This document shows, piece after piece, positions 27,960 through 42,436 of a DNA stretch of 64,000 nucleotides. Position numbers and translations under genes: made by a program. Under the pieces are notes generated by a model. The model was not told where the DNA came from and ran no database searches. It was given only the letters and a program-made list of their open reading frames with translations. How positions within the stretch are numbered: position 1 is the first letter of the stretch; the number at the start of each line of letters is the position of its first letter. This DNA comes from Chrysomallon squamiferum (lineage: Eukaryota > Animalia > Mollusca): assembly GCA_012295275.1 (NCBI GenBank), contig CM022676.1:372001-436000 (forward strand), written 5' to 3'.

Positions 27960-30163
27960 CGTTTAGCGATGAGTAAAACACTTGTTTACAAACATACTAA
28001 CTTCTACGTTTAACGATGAGTAAAACACTTGTTTACAAACATACTAACTTCTACGTTTAACGATGAGTAAAACACTTGTTTACAAACATACTAACTTCTA
28101 CGTTTAACGATGAGTAAAACACTGTTGTTTACAAACATACTAACTTCTACGTTTAACGATGTTTGTTTACAAACATACTAACTTCTACGTTTAACGATGA
28201 GTAAAACCAGTTGTTTACAAACATACTAACTTCTACGTTTAACGATGAGTAAAACACTTGTTTACAAACATACTAACTTCTACGTTTAACGATGAGTAAA
28301 ACACTGTTGTTTACAAACATACTAACTTCTACGTTTAACGATGAGTAAAACACTTGTTTACAAACATACTAACTTCTACGTTTAACGATGAGTAAAACCA
28401 GTTGTTTACAAACATACTAACTTCTACGTTTAACGATGAGTAAAACACTTGTTTACAAACATACTAACTTCTCCGTTTAACGATGAGTAAAACACTTGTT
28501 TACAAACATACTAACTTCTCCGTTTAACGATGAGTAAAACACTGTTGTTTACAAACATACTAACTTCTACGTTTAACGATGAGTAAAACACTTGTTTACA
28601 AACATACTAACTTCTCCGTTTAACGATGAGTAAAACACTTGTTTACAAACATACTAACTTCTCCGTTTAACGACGAGTAAAACCAGTTGTTTACAAACAT
28701 ACTAACTTCTACGTTTAACGATGAGTAAACACTGTTGTTTACAAACATACTAACTTCTACGTTTAACGATGAGTAAACCAGTTGTTTACAAACATACTAA
28801 CTTCTACGTTTAACGATGAGTAAAACACTGTTGTTTACAAACATACTAACTTCTACGTTTAACGATGAGTAAAACACTTGTTTACAAACATACTTCTACG
28901 TTTAACGATGAGTAAAACACTGTTGTTTACAAACATACTAACTTCTCCTTTTAACGATGATGACTTGTTTACAAACATACTAAACGTTTAACAGTTGTTG
29001 TTTACAAACATACTAACTTCTACGTTTAACGATGAGTAAACCAGTTGTTTACAAACATACTAACTTCTACGTTTAACGATGAGTAAAACACTTGTTTACA
29101 AACATACTAACTTCTACGTTTAACGATGAGTAAAACACTGTTGTTTACAAACATACTAACTTCTCCTTTTAACGATGAGTAAAACACTTGTTTACAAACA
29201 TACTAACTTCTCCTTTTAACGATGAGTAAAACACTTGTTTACAAACATACTAACTTCTACGTTTAACGATGAGTAAAACACTGTTGTTTACAAACATACT
29301 AACTTCTCCGTTTAACGATGAGTAAAACACTTGTTTACAAACATACTAACTTCTACGTTTAACGATGAGTAAAACACTGTTGTTTACAAACATTAACACG
29401 TTTAACGATAGTAAAACACTTGTTTACAAACATACTAACTTCTACGTTTAACGATGAGTAAAACACTTGTTTACAAACATACTAACTTCTACGTTTAACG
29501 ATGAGTAAAACACTGTTGTTTACAAACATACACTTCTCCTTTTAACTAAAAACTTGTTTTCTACGTTTAACGATGAGTAAAACACTTGTTTACAAACATA
29601 CTAACTTCTACGTTTAACGATGAGTAAAACACTGTTGTTTACAAACATACTAACTTCTACGTTTAACGATGAGTAAAACACTGTTGTTTACAAAACATAC
29701 GTTTAACTTCTTGTTTACAAACATACTAACTTCTCCTTTTAACGATGAGTAAAACATTGACTAACTTCTACGTTTAACGATGAGTAAAACACTGTTGTTT
29801 ACAAACATACTAACTTCTCCTTTTAACGATGAGTAAAACACTTGTTTACAAACATACTAACTTCTACGTTTAACGATGAGTAAAACACTGTTGTTTACAA
29901 ACATACTAACTTCTACGTTTAACGATGAGTAAAACACTTGTTTACAAACATACTAACTTCTCCTTTTAACGATGAGTAAAACACTTGTTTACAAACATAC
30001 TAACTTCTACGTTTAACGATGAGTAAAACACTGTTGTTTACAAACATACTAACTTCTCCTTTTAACGATGAGTAAAACACTTGTTTACAAACATACTAAC
30101 TTCTACGTTTAACGATGAGTAAAACACTTGTTTACAAACATACTAACTTCTACGTTTAACGAT
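27960..30163. repeat. 47/50-bp tandem minisatellite (~45 copies) containing the TM-exon 3' end and splice donor
   Basis: Unit cgtttaacgatgagtaaaacac(tg)ttgtttacaaacatactaacttcta; last copy overlaps the exon at 30148. Confidence 0.95.
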
Positions 30164-30267
30164 GGCAGCGAAGACGGCGATGGTCACAGCACACACTAGC
30201 GCAGAAAGGATGTACAGAAGTGAAGAATAGTTAGGGGGGCTGACTACAGCAGTACTACGGAGGTTTT
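30148..30267 (-). CDS. IgSF fragment D, transmembrane exon
   Basis: acctag| and |gttagt, 120 bp; NLRSTAVVSPPNYSSLLYILSALVCAVTIAVFAAIVKRR. Confidence 0.85.
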
Positions 30268-30323
30268 CTAGGTGGAAAAAAAACAAATAAATAAAACTTT
30301 TTTTCTGGATTATAATTCTACTT

Positions 30324-30423
<100 letters not shown>

Positions 30424-31232
30424 AGCTCAGAATTATCACAGTAGAATTATAATCTAGAAAAAAGTTTCGGTTTCATTCATCAGAATATGACCATTTCCTA
30501 GAAAAAAGTATTGCTTTCAGTGTCATTTACAAAACACTATTTCCTAAAACAAAATACAATAATAAAAACAACCTATTTACTATACAATCCCTATTTTTTT
30601 TTTTTTTTTTTTTTTTTAACGTAAAATAAAACTAAAATTAAAATAAAAACAAATGTTTATTGTTTTTGTTTGTTTGTTTTTTCACTATAGCAACGCTATG
30701 TCTTGGGAAAACAATTGTGTTGTTTCAGTGTTATTCATTATGTCAGTACTAAAACGGTGTTGTTTATCATAAACAACATTGTTAGAACAAAGGCCAAGGA
30801 ACGTGTTTTCCCTATATATAGGCAGATGCCTTTAAAATATCCCTTGCTGCTAACTGTAGTGCCAGATTAAGTCACGGCTACATAAATTAAGTAAAAAGTT
30901 ATTTCATTTACTTTAACTTTCGAAAAAAAAAAACATGTCCTGGGTAGCGTGCCAGATTTCCTAAATTATCATAACGAATACGGCAACGAAAACAACCCTT
31001 TCAGTTTAACTAGACGTTTGTACGATCAAAGTCCAACTGAAAACTCGCAAAATCAGTAGATCATCTACAACCATTTTCTTATTTGTTACAACTACCAATA
31101 TAAAGCTAATTACTGGTGTCATGCTGTTTTACATTACAATAAATACGTTTTACAATGGATCACTAAAAAAACAAATTGACTTTTCAGATGTGTCGCAAGC
31201 ATTCTGTGACGTAAAGCTCAAACGTAACTTAC

Positions 31233-31478
31233 TAGGTTTCAGGGAGATAATGCTAGGCGGGGACATCCCAACTTCATTGGCTGCCAGACATGTATACGTG
31301 CCTAGAGAATTCTCCGACACGTTGACAAGGAGCAGTTCTTGCGTCTCGGGTAGAGAGACACCTTTGAAAATCCAGGTGAATGTCGCGTAAGGCACGGCGG
31401 CCACTGCACATTTCAGCACAGCTGGGTAGCCCAGTTCTGCATGGACAACACTCGCCATACTGAGAGGTCTAGGAGCAT
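31233..31478 (-). CDS. IgSF fragment D, short membrane-proximal Ig domain (B-D7 type)
   Basis: tctcag| and |gtaagt, 246 bp; VLKCAVAAVPYATFTW..SLGTYTCLAANEVG. Confidence 0.9.
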
Positions 31479-32619
31479 CTGAGAAACAAAACAAATAAAT
31501 AAATAAATAAATAAAACAAATATTTTTTAGAAAGTACACATACAAAAACAACAATAAAAATAATTTAAAAAAAAAAAAAAAAAAAAATTGAAAAGAAAAG
31601 ACAACAACAACAATGGAATACTATATTAATTAAACAGATATAAAATATAACACCAATATTTAAACTCTACTAAATAAATAGAAACCAAAGCTATGGTTCG
31701 AGTATGTTAAATAAATAGAAGTTACGACAATATTTATACTATGCTAAATAAATTGAAAGAACGGCAATGTTTCTATTACACTAAATAAACAGAAACCATA
31801 GCAATATTCCTATCATATTTAATAATTAAAAATCCAAGCAATATTTCTGCTATGCTGAATAAATCGAAATCGAAGAAATATTTGTAACATACTATATAAA
31901 TAGAAGTCAAAGCACTATTTGTAACATACTAAATAACTAAAAATCATAGCAATATTTCAGCTGTAATAAATAAATAGAATCACGTCAATATTGTACTAAA
32001 TACAGAGAAATCGCGGGAGTATTTCTACTACAGTAAATAAATAGAAACACGGCATTAATTATACTAAATAAACAGAAACCACCACAATATTTCTACTATA
32101 TTAATTAAACAGAAATCATAGCAATATTTTTTATTTTATGCAAATAAAAATAAAAACAATATGAAATAAACAAGTAATATTTCTATTAAATAAAGTTAAA
32201 AATAATATTTCTAGAAAATAAAGATGAATAAATATTCTTACTGCTTCAAATAGAAAAATAAATATTTCTACTACCAGAAAAAAGTAATAATCTCTTAAAA
32301 ACGATATTTCTACTAATATAAAATAAATATTTCTAATATTATTATATTTCGTTTTTAAAGAATAAAAAAAGAAAAGAAAAGAAAAGAATAGTGAATAAAT
32401 AACATAATTTTCTACGAAAGGAATAATGTGTTATAAACAAAAAATAATCTTTATGATACATTAAATAAACACGAAAATAAGAAAGGAATATTTCAAATAT
32501 ACTGAAATTTGATAGAGATATATCAAAGTAATATTTGTTTATATTATGAAAATAGTTCTGTAGTAAGAGTCAAAGCTGTATTTGTTAACCTTAAAAGAAA
32601 TCAGCACAACAGATTAACA

Positions 32620-33800
32620 ATCGATACAGTAATGTACATTAAGAGAATTTAATGCAACATTAAGAGTAATCGATTTAGTATTTCTACATTAATAAAACTG
32701 GATGCAGTATTTCTACATAAATAAAAATCGATGATATATATCTATATATATATAGAAAAAATCAAAACAATATTTCTACATTAAGAAAAATCAAAGATAT
32801 ATTTCTACATTAAGATAAACTGAAGCTATTTTTTACATTAAGTGAAATTGAAACTATATATATACACAGCTATGTTTTTACATTAAGAGAAATTAAAGTT
32901 ATATCTGGACTTTAAGAGAAATGAAATGTATAGTTCAACATTAAGAGTAATCAAAGGTACATTCCTATACTAAGAGAAATCAAAGGCATATTTCTATATT
33001 AAGAGAAATCAAAGGTTTATTTCTATATTAAGAGAAATCAAAGGTTTATTTCTATATTAAGAGAAATCAAAGGTTTATTTCTATATTAAGAGAAATCAAA
33101 GGCATATTTCAATATTAAGAGAAATCAAAGGTTTATTTCTGTATTAAGAGAAATCAAAGGCATATTTCAATATTAAGAGAAATCAAAGGCATATTTCAAT
33201 ATTAAGAGATATCAAAGGCATAGTTCAACATTAAGAGAAATCAAAGGCATATTTCTATATTAAGAGAAATCAAAGGCATATTTCTATATTAAGAGAAATC
33301 AAAGGTTTATTTCTGTATTAAGAGAAATCAAAGGCATATTTCTATATTAAGAGAAATCAAAGGCATATTTCAATACTAAGAGATATCAAAGGTTTATTTC
33401 TGTATTAAGAGAAATCAAAGGTTTATTTCTGTATTAAGAGAAATCAAAGGTTTATTTCTGTATTAAGAGAAATCAAAGGTTTATTTCTGTATTAAGAGAA
33501 ATCAAAGGCATATTTCAATATTAAGAGAAATCGAAGGTTTATTTCTGTATTAAGAGAAATCGAAGCAGTAAAGCAGTTAGTTTACGTTAATAAAAATACA
33601 GCTATATTAAGAGAAATCAAAGACAAATTTATACATTAAGAAAATTCATATATATATATATTTTACAACATAAAACAATATTTTTTACTTTAAAAGAAAA
33701 CATAGCTATATTTCTACACTAAAATAAATTAAAACAATATTTTAATATTAAGAAAATTCAAAGCAATATTTCTACATTAAGAACAAATAAAGCAACATTT
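32620..33800. repeat. 29-bp tandem minisatellite with homogeneous core (~32950-33565) and decayed flanks
   Basis: Unit attaagagaaatcaaagg(ca/tt)tatttctat; spacing 33001/33030. Confidence 0.9.
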
Positions 33801-34182
33801 TGTTTTACTATAAAGACATTAAAGCAGTATTTCTATCTTCACAATAAAAAAAGAAATCTATGCAATATTTCTATATTATTTTATTAAAAATCCAACAAAA
33901 TAAATAAATAAATAAATAAAATAAAAATAGTTTATCAAGAGAAAATAATAATAAATTTATACTAAAGAAAATATGCGTGTATGTATGATGTATGTATCCG
34001 TGTGTGTGATTGTGTGTGTGTCTGTGTGTGTGTGCACAAAGTAAATGGAAACAATATATCTACTACTACTTGTATTAAATAATATTATAATTCACTGCAT
34101 TTAGCAATAATGAATAAACTTATCATAAAGTAAATACTTTATAAATAACTTTAATAGTTGCTCTATAAAAGTAAAATGGATG

Positions 34183-34226
34183 TAATAATAATAATAATGA
34201 TAATAATAATAATAATAATAATAATA

Positions 34227-34295
<69 letters not shown>
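34183..34295. repeat. (AAT)n-(ATT)n palindromic microsatellite
   Basis: AAT run switches directly to ATT run at ~34228. Confidence 0.9.
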
Positions 34296-35444
34296 GTATT
34301 CCCATATTATAAACAGTAGGTCAATAATTATAATTATTTAATTTAATAATATTAACACAGATAAATAGTTATAATCATGTAGGTAACAGTTGTTGAATAA
34401 TGCTGATAAATAAACTGTAAAGCTAACATTAGTTAATACATACGTCGTGTACTTATCAACACTGTATAAATACATTATATAATTATCACTAGTGAATAAA
34501 TAGGTTATATAATTATCATTGGAAAATATTTAAATACATTATATAATTATCACTAGTGAATAAATATATTATATAATACTGATGAATAAATACATTTATC
34601 ACTAGTGAATAAATACTTTATAAAATTATCACTGATGAATAAATGCATTTATCACTAGTGAATAAATGAGTTATAGAATAATCATTAGTGAATAAATGTA
34701 TTGTATAGTTAACAATAAATAATTATTCGACTGAAAACAGAAAATAATTATATAATAAAGGTAACATTTGGTGAATTGCTACAATCATAAACTAGATGTT
34801 GGTGAATAATCATAAATTATGAATAACTATAATCATAACGTTAACATTTGATGAATAATTATAATCATAAAGTTATCATTTGATGAATAATTATAATCAG
34901 TTAAAAGTAGAATATTACATAGCTAACAGTTGGTGAATAATCATAAATAGTTAAATAATAATAATCATAAAGTTAATAGTTGGTGAATAATAATAACTAG
35001 TTAAAATAATTATAGTCATAAAGCTAACAGTTGGTGAATATCATAAAAAAGTTATGAATAATTATAATCACATAGCTAAGTCAATAAACATCACCATGTA
35101 GTTACAAAAGAAGACAAATAACCATATATTTAAACACTGTATCAATAACTGTAACTGTACAATACTACTGATTAATATATGTAATTTAACAAACACTAGT
35201 TAGTAAGTGTAAACAATGATAAACAAATATAAGAATGTAGACTGGAACTATAAAAGATGAAGTTCTTAACTGTATCATTTTATTTTATATACATTTATTT
35301 ATATAAAAAAATAATTATAGCTCACAGTAAGATAAACATTCACTAACACCAGCTCTTCGTACATCAGAAAACACGCACAAAAAGTAAAAATAAATATTAA
35401 ACGATATCAAATGATCATAGTACCAATGTAATAAAAATACAGAT

Positions 35445-35498
<54 letters not shown>

Positions 35499-36874
35499 GT
35501 AATAATAATAATAATATTGATCTAAAAATATATATAAACTGAAATTTGTTTCCCAAAAGAGAGTTTTATTTCTTTCACAAATACATCTCGCTAACTTTTT
35601 AACGATCCAACGTCCAACCAAAAAGCGAACTGTAAAATAAAATAAAAATATATAAACAAAAATAATAATAACTGTATTTGAAATGAGGGATTATCCATTT
35701 CATATATGTTTGATTCGGGTGTAAATCCATATAAACGTAGCCATATCAATTACCTAAACATGAATATAAGCATACATACATACATATATACATTATATAC
35801 ATACGTACGTATATATAGTAATACGTACAGAATATACATACGAAGATACATATATTGATACATATATGCACAGAGCCACATCCATCCACCCACACCCACA
35901 CACCGCTTTCGTTATATTAACTAATTAATTACCATTTTATCAAAGCAAAATGTAGTTATGTTGTTTTAAAAGTCGCCAGATATTTTGTTGTACACACAAT
36001 TTAAATAATGAAAATAAGATGAATAGTCGAAACCTGGCAGAAATTGACAACAAATTTCAAAAATAATAATAATACTGAAAACGTCAACGTTCGTTACTTG
36101 TTTCACTTTTCAAGTCAGCTGTTTATTCTAACGTCATTTCCTGTTTATGGAGCACTGGGGTGCTGGACGCGCTACATAAACAGTTTGTTTCTAGGAGTCA
36201 CTGAATTCGAGGCATGGCGGTATCTTTGTCAGTAGTTCAGTTAATTTCAAGTGCAAACGATTATTTCATAAATGTAGAGTCAACGATTGTCAATAAATAA
36301 TGTAGACACAAGTCATTTTCGTGAATATTGATATTAATAAGCAAAATAAACTGAATTTTTTCTACTTTTTTTTTCTTCTGTTTTTTTATAAAGTTATTTA
36401 TAATTAGTAACATTTCACTTTTGGCCAGATTTAGAACATATCTGATTCAAAAACTCGGTGCAATGTTAGTTTACTGGTATACAGTTTAATACATGTTTTT
36501 ATATATATTATAGTTGCTGGATTATAACCGTAACCATAGCATTGACGACACTCCTTATTTCATGTTTTAGGTATATTTATTAGGAACATTTTATTTTGTG
36601 CTTATCAATAATATTTGTACCAATGTCAGAAAATATTTGGTCCCCAGAATATACCTTCCCCTCTTATAAATATTTGTTATCCCCCACTCTATATTTTCAG
36701 GTGTAGTTCAGTATTCTGTATGTGATAATTACTGTATAAAGTGTCTACTGAAAGTGACTAAATACCACTGCAAACTGACATTTGCAAAACCAGATTTATA
36801 ATTGTGGATAGATGGATAAATAACTGATAGATACATTTGTCTGGGTACTTGATCATTCTTCCCATCTTGAAAAT

Positions 36875-36914
<40 letters not shown>

Positions 36915-37284
36915 TGAGATGAAAACATTCATCCCTAAATCCATTTATCATTGATAGTTATTTTCAAACTTGTTGAATTGTGCCCCAATCTTCTAATTAA
37001 AGTGCTAGATTAACAGATTTTGATGTTTTTGTGAAAATGTCAGGAACAGAATCAAATGTTTGAACACAAAGTGTCAAACAAAGTCCATTGACAAGTCCTT
37101 CATTTTGATATGCACCAATAATTATGATGATGAGGATTAATAAACTCCTGTCCTATGCGACTGAAAGAAAATACTCTGAAGAGTATTTAAAAATATCAGA
37201 AAAGAACACCTTACAAGGCAGCCAAGTGCTATTCAGTAAAGGACCAACTTATATGTTATTATTATTATGTTGATGCTACCCCAG

Positions 37285-37465
37285 TGTAAGTTCTCAAAAT
37301 GTCCCAGAAAGACAAAATTCTCCAATCTGTCTATGATGATGTGTTACCAGGAAGACATTTTGCCTGGGAGAAAACGAGGCAGAAGTTAAGGAGCCTTTTT
37401 TTCTTCTGGAAAGGCATGAACCATGATTGTAAGGACCATTGTGCACTATGTGAAAAGTATCAGTG
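37285..37465 (+). mobile_element. Gypsy-like LTR retrotransposon relic (integrase HHCC zinc-binding domain)
   Basis: KDKILQSVYDDVLPGRHFAWEKTRQKLRSLF../..WKGMNHDCKDHCALCEKYQ resembles Integrase_H2C2; frameshifted. Confidence 0.65.
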
Positions 37466-40400
37466 ACACAAAACATTAGTCAAGATAATACTTAATGAGT
37501 TAACAGCTGTACCTTTACCTTTTCAAGTATTTTTTTTTTTTTAATTTTTTTTTTTAAGACAATTATTGTTTGGAGCTGACATATGCATTATCATAGACTC
37601 AGTCTCCTGAACACAGCTGTGGAACCAGGAAATGTCAGAGGTGATGCTAAGTAGCCTGAAAAGCAAGACAGCAACTGGTGGCAAGTGTTGAGAGAATGAG
37701 TGGTGTAGACATCAAGTCTTGCTGGAGGGTTGGGGGGGCATGCTCCCCAAGATAAGTTTGAAAAATATGGTGTGTTTTTGTGCATTTTGAAGTAAAAATA
37801 TCATTTTGAAATTAATCAATATCCCTCGACAATGTTTGATGGTTAAGTATATCAAAGAATTAAGCTTATCACCATATTCACAATCATCAGACTTCAGCAG
37901 TAAATAGCAGCACTAACTTTCCTTGTGCAACCAGCAATCACTGAATAAAAGTTTGTCTCTTAAGTATCATATATATTCTCACCGTGTACACATACATGTA
38001 ATAAAAATATATTATTCTACTGAATATGCATTGTCGTTTATCCTTCAACATTAGGAAAACTGGTTGTTTAGAGGAGGAAAGTTACTCGGGCCTGGATAAC
38101 ATGCCCCTTCCTTTTGCTGCTTATGTCTTTCTTTTTCTGATTATTTCCATTTATCAAAATATCAAGGACAGTTAAGACACTGGTATGAAAATATTGAGGA
38201 AAATGTTTTTTTAAAAATGTATTGTTATCCAAGTCACCCTAATTCTATTACTTACAGAAAGGGGAATTAGTATTACCCAAATAAATGATAAAATATCAGT
38301 GACAACAATAACTAATATATCTGTCTATAAAATAATAAAATAAAAAAAAAAAATAAAAAAATAAACAACCAAATAAATAAAACAATTTATGTAGTTTTAG
38401 AATGCATTACAATTTTTATTATTTACATATTGTTATTAAGCAAAAAAGAAAAAAGAAATTTATGTTGGACTCACACATTTTAAAATTATTTTTCTCTCTA
38501 CATAGATTAATCTAACAAGATGGAATTCAATGTTTATAATTTATTTAAAATGTAAATATGACAAATTATATAACAAATTATATTAATTATAATTACTTTT
38601 TTTCTGTTATTGTTTTACATAACCAAGTTTTATCATCCACAAAATACAAATAACACCGTTATTACGTTACATGTACAGTGAAGTAATTAGTGCTTATAGG
38701 TTCAAAATTAAAAGTATTTTCTTCTTCATCAAACTCATCTCTATTCTGATGGGTCTTGTTTTCTTTGTCAAACATTGTTTTCTGTGTGTGTTAGTGTGTG
38801 TTAAAAACAAGCAACTAAATTAAGCCTTTAATTTTATTTATTTCTTGCGTATTACATACATATAAATAACAATAGTATGAAGATAACAAGATTTCAGATC
38901 CATTCCAAATTGTATGTCATACCTATGTTCCACCAAAAGAAATATAAAGTCTTAATAATTAAACCATTAGAAAAATGTTCCCCACAGTGATAGATGTCAG
39001 CCCATTATATGATTAATACAATTAATCAAATCTTCCCAGGTCCTTATTTCAGAAAAATATAACAGTGATAATTAAAACCAGAATAGCTTTGTAAAAACAA
39101 ATCTAAACCAAAAAGTCCTTTTCATTGACATCTCTAAGGTTGGGGGGGACGTGCACAGTCCATGATGTTTGAAAAATGTATATGTTCAGTTTGTTCCTCT
39201 GTTTCATTAAAATTGTATTTTCATGAATTTTCTTAAAATGTTACTCTGAATCACAAGCTAAATTAATTAACTGTTAGTCAAACAGGTATGCATTGCAGGA
39301 AATCTTACTTCTACAAGCACACAAAACCATCTGAAGCAACATGAAAGGAAAGTTAACAATTTTTTTTAAAAATAACAATTCACTTAAAGAAAAAGAAGGA
39401 TAAAAGATACTATAATTTACTAAACAATTACATTTATTCTAGGTTTTTCACAGTGTATTAGATTTTACTATAGACAGAAAAACAAACACTTTGAGGTGAC
39501 TGGAATAATAAGTGGTCTAACTGGAGCATGTTCAAGATTCCATGATCTGGTCACTGTACAACTTTCAATACAATTTTCAAAGATTCTTTTTGCAGCAATG
39601 TTTGTAAAATATATTATATAATTAACTACATAACCATAAAATCTTTTATGAAAATGTAAATAAACAATATCAGCAAATTGATCAGTTTATTTAAGAGTTT
39701 AAAATACCAATCTCCACCAGACAACTAAGTGTTAAGTGTAATACAGCATGAACAAACAGATGTAAAGACCTGTTTACCATATTGTGGTAATAATTATTTC
39801 CATTCTCCAGAAACTCACAAAGTACATATATAAATAAACTGGAGAAAAAAATGTGTTTTCCTCTAAGAGACAATAAAAACAATATGCATTTTCTCTTAAA
39901 CTTCTGTACAGTTATGTGGAAGGCAGAAAATGAAAAAGGATGACAGATAAACACAGCAAATCAAAAGACACTGACAAGTGGGAATCATCTAAATATTTAT
40001 CAGTAATTCCTACTATTAAGATAAAATGTTCTTTTTAATTCTTAATTTTTTTATCACTTACTTAACAGAAAAAAGAAATTTAAAAAAAAGATACTTATTA
40101 ATCTTCATTAACAGGGGCAGAGGTGTGGACTGCTGTTTAAATTTTCAAATTACTGAAATAATTTTGTTTATTGTAACAGGGCTTGGTAACAGACAGGGAA
40201 GGTTTAAAATACTTGTAGATTTTATGTTTGTTAAATATTTACAAAAAATATTTATAAAATTTAATATACTTCTAAAATCTACCCACCAACATTACAAATG
40301 ACAGCTTTTAAGAAGGTAAAACCCCACCAATGTTATGTTATTTCCCTTGTTTTATTTTGAAAATTGATAGATTTTGTTTTTCATTTACCTGTGCAGTATG

Positions 40401-42363
40401 AAATTTAAATAGTACTGATTAAAACCAAATGTGATAAAACTAAATAATTAATGTGAAAGAAATGTGTCTTCTTTGATAATTGCCATACATCATTCAAACA
40501 CTTATTCCAGTTTAAGTCATAATATATAGTTTGTCTTGTAAATGTGATAACTAGAAATAATAAAATAAAAATAGCATTAATGTTTACAAGTGAATATTAT
40601 TTCTGTGTATATGTAAATATGTACCATTATAGGTCAAAAAGAGAAAATATTATAGTCTCATTGGTTCTGTTTCCTTGTCTTGGTCAATGAAAATTTTTAA
40701 TATTTATTCTATGATTTATAATTAAAGTGTAACAAGCAATTCATATTTTTATTTATATTGTATTTTCAGTAATAATATTCATATTGCTATATTTCATATT
40801 AAAAAAATTAACACGATGATAAGAATTGATTTTTCTGAACAGCCCATGTGAAAATATCCCCCAAACAGCTCTGGAGTCAGCTAGGACAGAACCACACCCA
40901 GGTCTTCTGAAAGCAGTTCACTTTTAACAGTTTTGATAATACATTTTATCTGACTGTGAACTGAAACAGTACTTCAGTTGATGAGGAAGAATAAGAAAAT
41001 AGGCTACGACTACTTCCTTGTCACTTGGCACTGAAGTATGGCAGAAACAATCTGTCAGTCAAAATCAGTTTCTTCTACTTAACATGTGAATGAAAATTGC
41101 CCAGATGATAAAAAAATTACTTATTAATTTTAATAATTAGTAAGTTAAAAACTAATTCTGAATTAATATTATTTATATATATAATAGACATTGTAAACTA
41201 ATTTATATATGTTTTAATTGGTCACATTTCATCAGAAAATATTTGTCAACACATTTTCAGCAGTTAATTATTATTGTTTATATTTATACACTTTATACTC
41301 TCCCTCAATCACCGATACACCAACATCTGCTGTATTTTCTTGAAGATGTTGGTGCCATTCTCTATAAGAATGCCACATTTAAACAGTGACTTCTTACCTC
41401 TTTTAAAAACTTTTTTAACCTGCTTCTCTGTGAAATAGAATTACCTTATTTTGGCGAATTCATAAGATAAATATGTCTTTAATTCCATTAATATTGGGAT
41501 CGAAAGCGGTTCCATGCACAAATCCCTCGAATAATCTGAAAAACAGTTTTGGTTTAAAGAATAAAGAAAACATAGATACAAGAATGGCTTTGATAACTTT
41601 ACTGCATGAAATAAAGTTTTATTTTGTTTTTAAAACCACGCCTGATACATAATAATGCTATCTCTTACATGAGAAATCTATTTCAGAATAAAGCTGAACC
41701 ACCGAAGTTGGTTACGCTCACTACTCTTGCAATGTCATTTGCTCCAGTCGCTTTGTCACAGTTTGTGTGAAACGCATCTGAAACTGATGAAACCGAACGA
41801 AAAATGTACCATAAGTACAAAAGTACTACATTTAATAAAGTCAACAAAAGTATGTAATAAATATTCACTAAGTACTAAAACCCTCTCTACTTAAAGGTAA
41901 TATATAATCTGTTTTGGTCCGCGAAATAGGCCATACCATTGGAATGATTTTGCCCCGTGGCGTCACCTAGAACAAATATTCAGTTTATTCGAATATAGGT
42001 TTACGTGAGCTTGCATTATTTTCCAAAAGTTTAAATGTATTTTTGTAATATGAATTTTGTTTATTTATACGGGAACATTAAGTAATTTTGTCATACGCTT
42101 CTTATCTTTTTTCAGTTTCTTTTCTGAAATTATTGTCTGCTGCCAATAATGAATGACCGAACTTGAACGTTCATATGATTAATTGTAAATTTATTTTTAT
42201 AACACACACACACACACACACAGACACACACACACACACACACAGTTATTATTGTAAGAATTGTAGGCAAGAATTGTAGAATAATCATTATTATAATGAG
42301 GAAACTGTTCTTTTGTAGAAAAATGAGAACATATGTATTCTGATACACATACCTGGTATCGTC

Positions 42364-42436
42364 ATGCACACATCTTTTATCCTGGAAGTTTTAATTACAA
42401 GTTTTGTTTGTACTCTGACTGTTTCAGAAATAAAAG
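42364..42436 (+). CDS. IgSF gene E, signal-peptide exon
   Basis: MHTSFILEVLITSFVCTLTVSEIK + phase-1 |gtacat donor. Confidence 0.65.

Noticed and set aside
27960-30163. CRISPR-like array
   Set aside because: Units abut with no unique spacers, the context is eukaryotic and there are no cas genes; it is a minisatellite
35325-35420. Possible signal-peptide exon for D (minus, |gtgag donor)
   Set aside because: No in-frame ATG in the phase-1 frame and no convincing hydrophobic core
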